From: Magallana gigas
Lineage: Eukaryota
Assembly: GCF_963853765.1 (NCBI RefSeq)
Contig: NC_088854.1
Location: 29,946,001 to 30,010,000, forward strand
Direction: 5' to 3'
Length of the DNA stretch: 64,000 bases
Part shown: in pieces, positions 24,319 through 34,354 of the stretch
Layout: every line of letters begins with the position of its first letter
How positions within the stretch are numbered: position 1 is the stretch's first letter
Position numbers and translations under genes: made by a program
The notes under the pieces: model-generated
The model's database searches: none
What the model saw: the letters and a program-made list of their open reading frames with translations, nothing else
Told to the model about the DNA's origin: nothing

Positions 24319-26136
24319 ACAACATGACAGATCTACAGCTAGGTCTATTGATATATGTAGTGCAACCGTATATTGTGTAATTATCACAATAAATCATTAA
24401 AATTTCGAAGTCGCAAGCAAAACGAGGTTAAATACCGGCATATACGACTAAAGGGTATACAAACAAAGCAACAGTTAGGGACTTTACGTTTTTTTCCTTC
24501 TTGAAGACTCAATTATACATCTTTTTGAATCCCATGGTGTCGAAATAAACCAATATTTCACATTTTTGAAGACTGATGGCATAATAATTTAATTCTGACG
24601 TTACGTTTGAATTTTGTACAATTTTACGTCATTTTAAAGGTCAAATGACCGTTTTGATCTACAATGAATTGTAAAAAAAAAAAATATAAGCAATGGATTC
24701 AATGTTAGTTTTATACGATATGAAATGGTTTGAAACAGTTTACGCTTTTTCATAAACCGCTTTGCGGTTGATAAAGCGTAAACTGCCCCAAACCATTTTA
24801 TTTCCCATAAATCAAATAAATATTGAATTCATTCCTTAAATCAAGAATCTCATTTTAGGCAGTGACTGTCGACGGCGCTAAGGTGAGAACCTTTGACCTG
24901 ATGACGTCAAATGGCGTGGTTCACGTCATTGACTCAGTGATGATACCCCCTGCCGGCGATATAGTGACACAGCTGAATGATAACTTTGATTTCACCACGC
25001 TGGTCTCCAAGGTCACTCAGGCGGGGCTTGCTTCTGCACTACAGGGTGAGAATCGTCGACTTGTACACATTATGAACGGTTCATATAAAAATTAAGGGTT
25101 ATACTTTTTGGGGGATGTGGTAGGGTGGGGTGATTTGGTAATTATTTATTCATATTCTGATTGGTTTGAATATTTTTCTTTCAAAATATCTAGTTATGGT
25201 TTTATATGATGGTTTGGTATCCTTTTTTTAGGCAATAATTTGACCGTGTTTGCCCCTACCAATGCTGCTTTTGCGAAACTTAGTGCTTCAACTCTACAGA
25301 AATTAGAAAATGATCCAAATATGCTCAGAGGTACACCACAATCTCAATATTTTTTAAAAAAAGCTATGGATTTAGTATCTTTAATTAAGAAAGTCAATGT
25401 GAAGCATTGCATTCGTTTGGAATCTGTATTTTTAGAGGTCTTGCTATACCACGTTGTTCCGCACACTGTGTATTCCGCTGGATTATTCAACAAAGAGAGG
25501 CTACGAACTCTGGATTCCAACGGGGACCCTATTCAAGTCACTATTACCGGTGAGCAAACTGTTCAAGTATATTAATCATCATCAATATTACACAGTTACG
25601 GCTGTACTAATTGTTATTTCACCCTAGCGTGTTTGTGGAGTCTTCCGTCCCGAACCAAATGATACAGGTTTCATGCATAGGGAAAAAAATCAAAATATTA
25701 AATCAAATTAAAAGAAAAGAAAAAAATCACACACACACGAAATAAATTAATAAATAAGAAGCAGCAAGCTACATGTAGTGAGTTTAAGAACCTAACTTGT
25801 GTATCCACAAACGTATAATGATGGTTTCCAACCGGAACACCTGCCAAGATTGTCGGAAAGCCAAAAAATAGTATTTTAATAGAATCTTGACCAAAATGTA
25901 AATTATCACAAACATTTTTACACAGATAAACTGTTAATATCAATTAGTAATATGAATAAATATTTAAGAGCTTGTCAATAAATGAACACTTTATAAATGT
26001 TTCAGGTGGCAAGGTGTATCTTGACCTTTATTCCCAAGTCACGGAAGCTGACGTCACGGCAACTAATGGAGCTATTCACGTCATTGACCACGTGATCGTC
26101 CCAGATCGCTATTACTTAAATCTCGTCGTGGGTTAA
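23314..26136 (+). CDS. Secreted protein with two FAS1 (fasciclin) domains, TGFBI/periostin-like, 295 aa; divergent paralog of the array genes. Exons 23314-23452, 23733-23950, 24859-25045, 25232-25330, 25436-25549, 26006-26136
   Basis: Signal peptide MIKLLSILSCVQFALCG. Two sets of FAS1 motifs: H1 TVFAPTN, YH (LKYHVV/LLYHVV) and H2 (NGVVHVIDSV/NGAIHVIDHV). All introns are GT-AG with consistent phases; CDS 888 nt, ending ...RYYLNLVVG*. Confidence 0.93.
24199..24335. repeat. Perfect 137-bp nested palindrome (two 68-bp arms, 1-nt spacer), possibly a MITE with TA TSD, in intron 2 of the fasciclin gene
   Basis: The right arm is the exact reverse complement of the left arm. Each arm is itself an imperfect hairpin around TGGGTGGGT/ACCCACCCA. 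Confidence 0.9.
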
Positions 26137-27024
26137 AAGTGTTTCATAATATGTTTATTTGTATATTTGTGAATTATTTACCTCTTTCATATTCAATTCA
26201 TATGTCCATTATTTAAATATATTTCATTTTACATACATCGTTTCATTTGATACATGTTTAATGTTTCAAACTCATGTGACATGATCTCGATCCAACGAAA
26301 ACATTATGTATGGCTGCTTTTCAATTTGATTTATAATAAAATCAAAATATGTTCTTTTGTTGTTTCTGAATAAGTGGTTTGAACAGTGAAAATATACGTA
26401 CATGTATGCTATTATAATATTCAAAGAATTTACAGCTTATTATAAATAATACAACAACAACCCCCCCCCCCCCCCCTACTATATCTTATGAATAATTTAT
26501 TACCATCATGTCCATAACATTGACTGCATGTGGTATGCAACATCCAGTTAAAACCAGTTCTTGGTAACGCCCGCGTCACCGGTTACCACAAAAAGAATAA
26601 AACGGGCCACAATATTCAAGCAGGTGTGCCATTATTTCAGTTATTTGCAGTACTTTGCCCTTTATTATTTACATTTGTGAAACTTTTACTGACAATTTAT
26701 CGTGTGTTTTTGACCAAGGTGCCATAAGATGACAAGAATAAAAAAGCGTCGATACGTCCGGAATTTACAAAAACAAAGCAATAATTCTCATGATAATGCC
26801 TACCAAACGAGATGCAAGCGCGAAGACCAATACATGTAAAAGATGTTGTACACAACTATCTGTTGCCATTTTAACCTAAAAAAAAAAAAAAAAACTACAC
26901 GCAAATACGTAAAATGAGTATAAATAACATTTTATCACCAAAACAACTGAAAGTGTAGAAGAAGGGGGCATGAAAGCCGCAATGGAATTGGCCAAGTCAT
27001 CTAGTAAAGTGTCATGATTTAACA

Positions 27025-28816
27025 TCAGGAACTGTATTCCACCTTGTACTTCAGCATACATGCCCCAGCCAGGGCGCTCAGAACTCCGCAGACGATGTTA
27101 AAATAGTAGGGCACATACAGGTAATGCGCCAGATTCACTGTGGAGGGAATGGAATCCACCCGGGACCCAAATACAATGGAACCAATTAGAATAAACACCG
27201 CTGAAAATATAGAAGTCAAATATAAGAAAAATTGATTTTTTTTTACCATGAAGTGGAGTAGAGAAGTCAAGAATGCCTTTTACAAATAGGACTTTTACAT
27301 TTAGCTGCTATTGTACAGAGCGCTTGCTAACGTTAATGTTAATATGATCGCAGAGCTAATTAATGTATGATAATGCGAAAAATTTATTCTTCTGCTGTGA
27401 ATCAGAGGGCATGCAGATCAACTCAGTTTTGACTAATTAAATAAAAACTGTATGTTTATCACTCATTAACATGTACCAATATCATGTAACCAATCGTATA
27501 AAACCCTCACATAAACAGACAGGGTGCAAAATATCTAAAATAAGTACGACATAATAAATGATCATGATTACAAAGTACATACCTGCAGTGTTCATTAGGA
27601 TTATTGTTGTCATGTTTAAGACGCGTTCGTGAATGGATAGAAATACGGATATACCACTGCAGACGGCAGCAGCTAGAATCACAATCAGACTCAGGCATTG
27701 CAGGGCTTGCACGGCCACGTACCAGCCTGTAATAGAATGGGCATAAAATCAGATAATTAAGTTATCATAAAAAATTCGAGTATTTTCCATTTGCTTGCGG
27801 ATCCAGATAATTTTTCTTGAGCGGCGGGGGGGGGGGGGGGGGGGTAGGGGGGGGGTGGGGGTGGTTCATGTTATTTATCTGTTTTCCAGGTCCAGGTGGG
27901 GGATGGAGGAGGGGGGGGGGGGGTGTTGAGACCTATTTTTGGAAATATTTTTTTTACTATGTGTATTGTATGGATGTGAACCGGGGAACAATTTAAAGCA
28001 AACAGATTTACAAGTTTTAAACAAATTTCAACATTTCGTGATAAAAGACATCCAAGGTCTGAAAATTTCAACAAGGTCATATATGTGTGAGAGTATGCTT
28101 GGACTACATCCCATCGTTTCGGAAATAGATAAAAGAAAATTAGCCTTTTTTGGAAAACTTTGCAAGCTTGATATTAACTGTCTAGCAAAAAATATTTTCT
28201 TTATCTAGATTATGTGACGATTCATAATCACCATACTGATGAATGGAGAAGTCGCACGGATAATGATCAAGACTTCCGAATGTTTAAAGTTTTTCACAAT
28301 ACAGTCTCTCCCATCAGACTCTGGAAATTTGAATTTTCATTTGATGACGTTCCATTTATTAGATTACTAGCTAATTTTTACTTTCTAAGTGTACTCTTAA
28401 AACAAATTTAAAAAAATCGCAAGAAATGTACATCAGTGCCGATATTTTTTTTTCTGAATATATCCATGAAAATGTTAAAACCGTACTTCATGCCTAATAC
28501 ATAATCATGTATGTATAGTATTCAACGAATATTGCTTGACCTTTGTCATACCTTGATTAAAAACTGAGGGATTACCGATGGTTGAGACGCACGTCTCTCC
28601 GCCAACGTTTCCATAACAGTATCTCCACAATCCAAAATACGAGCTGTACACGCCATTAGAATATAGAACCCACGACGGGACGCTCAAAACCACGATATGT
28701 AAAATCAAACACAGGACAATCAAAGAAAAAGATAAATAGGCGATTTTTGCTGCCCGCATCAACATCTTTCTTTCCTGGCGAAGTGAATTTGAGGGAGAAG
28801 GGCGGTATTTGGCCAT
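27025..28816 (-). CDS. Claudin/PMP-22/EMP/MP20-family tetraspan membrane protein, 194 aa. Exons 28816-28552, 27726-27583, 27200-27025
   Basis: W...FGLWRYC...C signature in the first extracellular loop and four hydrophobic segments. Phase-1 GT-AG introns join ORFs 28505, 27482 and 27025 into a 585-nt frame. Confidence 0.9.
27796..27963. mobile_element. Poly-G MITE remnant in claudin intron 1
   Basis: TGCGGATCCAGATAATTTTTC, poly-G tracts, CCTATTTTTGG...TTTTACTATGTG. Same family as 19180-19290. Confidence 0.45.
27964..28400 (+). mobile_element. Decayed non-LTR retrotransposon (LINE) fragment, RT C-terminal region, antisense within claudin intron 1
   Basis: LYGCE...LQVLNKFQHFVIKDIQGL...MLGLHPIVSEIDKRKLAFFGKL resembles the post-RT region of CR1/L2/RTE-type ORF2. 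Interrupted by a stop codon. Confidence 0.65.
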
Positions 28817-29244
28817 GCTGTTATGACCAGAATGATTATTACTTCCCGGATCTAGCGAGTTATGCTTTCGTTTGTAATTCCGGATTTGTTACATTGTTCA
28901 TTTAAACTAACAGTACATGTATATGTAATAATTATATTTGATATACGTATATCAACCCGGAAATGAAACGAGATTTCAATACTAGAAGTAGACTTAAATT
29001 AATCAAAAGAACGAAAAATACACTGTCGTCATGAAATGCACTAGAAATGAAATAGTTAATATAAAAACAAACAGAAATCGTCAGAAAGTGATACTAATAA
29101 CACAATTCTGTTGAGTAAAAGTAAACTATACATACAAATGGTCAATAACTGAAACTCGCTGTCTATTGCTAAAGGTAGATTAATTATATATTCTTATTAA
29201 ACGTCATTGAAGTCAACATCATGCATTTACTTTATTTCTTTATT

Positions 29245-29582
29245 CAGGCACGTAGCATCAGAGGGGGCGAGGGGGGCCTGCCTCACCCCCCCCCCCTTTT
29301 TTTGGGCAGCAAAGATTTTTCTTAAATTTACATACAAAAAATTGAATTACGATGGAGTTGCTCCCCCCCCCCCACACACACACACTTTTAAGGGACCATG
29401 TAAAAATTTGAATTGAAAATAGGTTCACTGAAGTTAAAAGTAACTCTTTCTCTCCGCCCCCCACCCCACCACCACCACGGTTTAGGATTTTCAGGATTTT
29501 TTTTGCCTTGTCAAGATTTTTTGGATGAGTCTGCCCCCTGCCCCCCCCCCCCCACTTTCAAAAACGATGTGCTACGTGCCTG
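29245..29582. mobile_element. MITE with 13-bp TIR CAGGCACGTAGCA and 5-bp TSD TTATT
   Basis: TTATT at 29240-29244 and 29583-29587. Internal CAGACTCATCCAAAAA..CTTGACAAG is shared in reverse orientation with 1841-2061. Confidence 0.85.
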
Positions 29583-29639
29583 TTATTCTTTAGTAACTTA
29601 TAAACGTTCTAAGTTCAAAAGCTTACACAATTTTTGCGA

Positions 29640-29642
<3 letters not shown>

Positions 29643-29728
<86 letters not shown>
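29643..29728. repeat. (AT)43 microsatellite
   Basis: Pure dinucleotide run. Confidence 0.95.
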
Positions 29729-29730
<2 letters not shown>

Positions 29731-31646
29731 TGTTGTTGGTTATTGATCTCAGTAACATAAATTAACAATGCAGATGCAGACATATGTTACTTTAAATTTG
29801 GACACTCAATAACACTTCAAAGTTGTGTATGTTAAAGGGGGGGGGGGTTGAATACCACAAATGCATAAAAAGAATGGCAACTCTGCAAATATTTAAACAT
29901 TCAATAGGTTAAAAAAAAACATAATACATGTATACGTGTGAAATGGACACTGAACCAAGAAACTGTGGTATTGATTCGTTTATTATGTTTGACGGGTTGT
30001 TTTTTTTTTTAGGTAATCCGCTTCGATTGATTTCATATGAGACATTTATGTAATTTCATTTTCGCATTGATTATGTTTTTTTGTACTGCTTTGTTTATTA
30101 TGCAGCAACACTTCATTTATTAAATTATTTAGTTATTTTTGTCCTAAGGAGCATTATTATGAAACACTTTCCTTCATAAGCAAAAATCATTTCACTCAGT
30201 TACATGATGAAAAATATATCTTTACGTAAACTTGTAAGAATTTCGTTCTGGGCAAATTTTTCCTAGATTCATTTCAAAAGTACAGTATTTTAGGAGCGGT
30301 TACACTTTTCAAGGTTCTTTATAATGAAGATGTATGGTTATTTAGATACCAGCAAACGTCATCACATACACATTTGATATTTTATCGAGTTTTAAAACGG
30401 TAATTTAACCAAAAAATAGTAACCAAATCTGATTTTTAAAAATGCAGCAATAAGAGATAGAGATAAAACACATGATGCAAAGTGAAGTCATGGTTAAGGT
30501 TTAGTTTTACTTTGTTTCAGTTTTCTCACACGACGCCTTCTTGATAGTTTGATTCCCCATGGAATTTTAATTTCAGTACCTGAAAACATTTCAATATAAC
30601 ATGAAAATGTTTTTCTTTTTGTTTTAAAAATCAAGGCATCAGCAAAAATGTAAATATGAATATATCAATGAAAATATACGTAGTGGCTTTGTGAAAAAAA
30701 CAAAAAACTGGCACGGAACATTGTTTATAAAATAGGAAAGGAGGGTGGCCGGGGTGGGGGATGGGGTGGGGAGACTGCCTCGAAATCATAAAAAGGCGAA
30801 AAAATCCCTTCTCTAATTTTCAAAGTATCAATCCGTGATGGTGAGGGTTGGAGGGAGTAGGGCTGCATAGTAACTGAACTTTCCATTATGAAAATGTTTG
30901 CCAGTTTTTTTACAAGCTGCAAAAGGGGGGGGGGGGGGGTAGGTAGCTTCATTTAACACCCCCCCCCTCCCCCCGATGCTAGGTCCTTTGCAAATGGTCA
31001 TTCAAAGATAACGAATTTTGACCTCTACATTCCAAGAACGTGAAGGAATCCAATCTCAACGATAAAGAAAAACGTTTAACGTGTGTCGGTAAACGTGAAA
31101 ATGTGATTACAGAAGGTACATGTACATGTATATCTAATGAAAATGTTATTTACTTATAATATAACGAATCCCTTTTTCACAATTTCTACACGATTTTTAC
31201 ATTGATGCATTTTGCAGATTTAAACGAATTTAAATAAAAAACACACCGCAATGTGATATTAGTATTTGGCATTAGTGCATGCTAGTCTCATTATCACATA
31301 TAATATCATAAGACTTTTTGATTGGTAATTTAGAGACTCTTTTCATACTTTTATTACCAAGCAGTTTAGTAAATTTGTTGATGATATTCCAACTATGTCC
31401 TTTTTAAGATCAACTTAATTTTCTGTTTACATGAAAGAGCAAAATGTTTCACAATAATGAATATTTGGTTTAGGTCGCAAGGGGATTCTTATTTGTTTAA
31501 AAAAAAATAACTCATTTAAATGCAATCTATATTAATTAAACGACCATTTTTCTAAATTACACTTATTTGGATCCTCTACTTCATATTGTGGGTAACATAT
31601 GAAACATGGTGATAAGTAATGAAACTTGTATGTGTTTCATTTTCAT

Positions 31647-31649
<3 letters not shown>

Positions 31650-31711
<62 letters not shown>
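31650..31711. repeat. (GA)31 microsatellite; shorter GA tracts at the equivalent site of the other units
   Basis: Pure GA run. Homologous short tracts at about 38250, 44140, 50044, 56000 and 61700. Confidence 0.95.
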
Positions 31712-31718
<7 letters not shown>

Positions 31719-32240
31719 CACAATTAAAAAAATTATATCCTCAGTCTATCTTTTATTGATGTCCATTAACAAGAATTAGTCAGTAAAGTAATTTTTGTTC
31801 TTTCAATAAATGACACGATTACTTTTAAAAAATCCTTCTTAAAAATAAGTTGTCTAAGAAAAAATATACTGTAGAAATATAGGGCGAGAATGATATCATG
31901 AACTGAAGCTAAGTGAATGTGTGGTCAATTCTTCTAGAGATAAATGTCCCCAACTTACGAAAGACCATGCCACCTGAAGAGGTCCTCGGGGGATTTCTGT
32001 CAAATTTGAAATTTTAAAAGCAATCGATATCAAATAAAAATATTGTCCTATATATTTAAAAATGTTTTTATTCTTAATGAGCATGCAATATCCATACAAA
32101 TGTCTGAAATTTGTTATTTGATATGAAGTGAAATCAGTTAAGGCCCTATCGGAACCCACAGGGTGTCCTTAAGAATTATGAAAACATTCATGGACACATT
32201 TCAACGACGGGTGCTAAGATGGTTACATAAATTGGAAAAC

Positions 32241-32246
32241 TATAAA
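32241..32246 (+). promoter_or_regulatory. Putative TATA box of array copy A. Equivalent sites at 38798, 44688, 50590 (TATAAC), 56565, 62265
   Basis: CTATAAATG conserved 77-78 bp upstream of each array ATG. Confidence 0.6.
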
Positions 32247-32318
32247 TGTATCGAAAATTTACTTGTCTTCACATAACCTTCCTGACAAACCTAAACCACA
32301 ACTTTATAGCCACTAACG

Positions 32319-34354
32319 ATGCTCGCCTTTGTAGCTTTGACCGTGATTGTGCAGAGTGTGTTTGGGGGAAACCTGGTAGAGGTTCTACAAAACGACGGTG
32401 AGACGACTTTGATAGCTCTTGTTAAACAAGCGGGTCTGGCCGACGCTCTACTGTCAGGTATGCTGTTTTCAATAATTTAATATATATTAGACGATTTAAT
32501 GATTGAATTGTTTTGTCTAAGCGGAATTACTAGAAAACTCAAGTAGCATTAGTGAAGAGGAGTTTTAATTTTGTTTTTAATTCAAATATGATATCAATTC
32601 GAGAAATGTTTCACCCATTTAACCTCAAAATGACTGCACCTTGCAAATTTTCATTCAAAATAAAACACTATGTAACCACTATTAAGTTTTTCCAAACCAC
32701 TGGTCATCATTACTGCCTTAAACATAATACATATTCGTGACATTTTACCTTTTACAAAATAAATGATATTACTTAATTGAAAGCAAAAAATGATAATCAT
32801 GATCTATGCGAATTTCAAAATCTCATTACATCATTTTATGACTACATGTATACCCTAAATCCCTAATAACAGTAAACGTTGACTGAAGATAGAAATGATT
32901 TATATTACAAATGATTTAAATATAGAGGGTTTTTCTACGTATTATTTCTGCAAAAAAAAAAAAAAAAAAAAAAAAAACCCGATCCGATCGACCTCCTGAA
33001 TTTGTTCTGTAAACAAAATTCACTTTTACGTATTTTTACATAAATGATCATAATACATGTAATAATGCATAAAATTCAAGCAACAAACAGATTCGAGATA
33101 GTTCACCTGGATTTAAAAGAAACTTTAAATTCTGACTATGTGCTCAATCTCTGATAACAATATCATCTGAACGAGAAGTGATTACTAATTTTAATTTTCT
33201 GTTTACTATCACAGGAGAGTACACCATATTTGCTCCAACAAACGCTGCATTCTCCAAACTTCCCCAGTCTGTCCTTGACGGTCTACAGAGAGATACCACC
33301 GCTTTGGCAAATATACTGAAATACCACGTGGTCAAAGGTTCCATTCACAAGGCCGATGCATCCAATGAGCTTCAGTTGGAGACTTTGGCTGGAACCAAAA
33401 TCAGATTCAACATCTATAATCACAATAACGTATGTGTTTTAAAGTTTTCTTTTTTATGTACTAAAATTAATCAAATATATCTTCTCATAAACAATCATTC
33501 AAACTACATAGACATTTTTTGTTTGTACGTGTAGGTTGTTACAGTGGAAGGATCCAAAATCACACACTTTGATCTGACCGCCTCAAATGGAATGGTGCAC
33601 GTCATCGACACCGTGATGATGCCTCCTACAGGAAGCATCGTGGATTTGGTGGCTGGCAACAGTGACCTGAGCACTCTTTTATCTAAGGTGCAGTCAGCTG
33701 GATTAGCCGGGGCACTACAGGGTTAGTTATTATGCTTGTGTTTTTATACATGTTTTCAAATTTTATTTTCTACCATTACTTAAAAAATGAATATTTAATA
33801 TTCCCACTATTTTATACAGGGGATGCTCTAACAGTGTTTGCACCAACCAATGCTGCTTTCAATAGACTTGGTAGTCATGTTTTGGACAACCTTAGAAGAA
33901 ACCCACAGCTTCTTAAAGGTATGCATTTCTCAATTGATATCTTATTTACTGATGATTACAACTCAAATTTAAAATGCGAGTAAGATCTCTCTTTTCTCTT
34001 TAGAAATTCTGGAGTACCACGTCGTTCCTCACACTGAATACTCAGCTGGATTGTACAACCGAGAATACCTCAGAACCCTTGATACTCACCATGACGTCAT
34101 CAGACTTGGAGTCAGCAGTAAGTGTTCAAGCTTATGTTATTGTCACCTTTATTGTTATTTTAGAAATCTGTGCATCGGTAAAAAAAATAATACAATAAAT
34201 TTTTCTCATTCCAGGTACTAATGGTGTTGTTATTAATCATCGTTCTCACGTGACACAAGCCGACATCAGCGCCACCAACGGTGTCGTACACATCATAGAT
34301 CACGTACTTATTCCATCCCGTTATCTTTTCTCTGCGATATTGGGGAAAAAGTAA
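32319..34354 (+). CDS. Two-FAS1-domain secreted protein, array copy A, 297 aa. Exons 32319-32457, 33215-33429, 33535-33721, 33820-33918, 34004-34117, 34215-34354
   Basis: Signal peptide MLAFVALTVIVQSVFG. FAS1 H1/YH/H2 motifs occur twice. Exons of 139/215/187/99/114/140 nt with intact frame, ending RYLFSAILGKK*. AATAAA at 34480. Confidence 0.93.

Noticed and set aside
29413-29783. ORFs containing (YI)n
   Set aside because: Translation of the (AT)43 microsatellite and a MITE.
33178-33214. ORF-track starts such as MITNFNFLFTIT, MEGSK, MQVRSLFF and read-through tails in the fasciclin copies
   Set aside because: These are intronic extensions or internal GTG/TTG starts. The real exons are delimited by conserved AG/GT sites.
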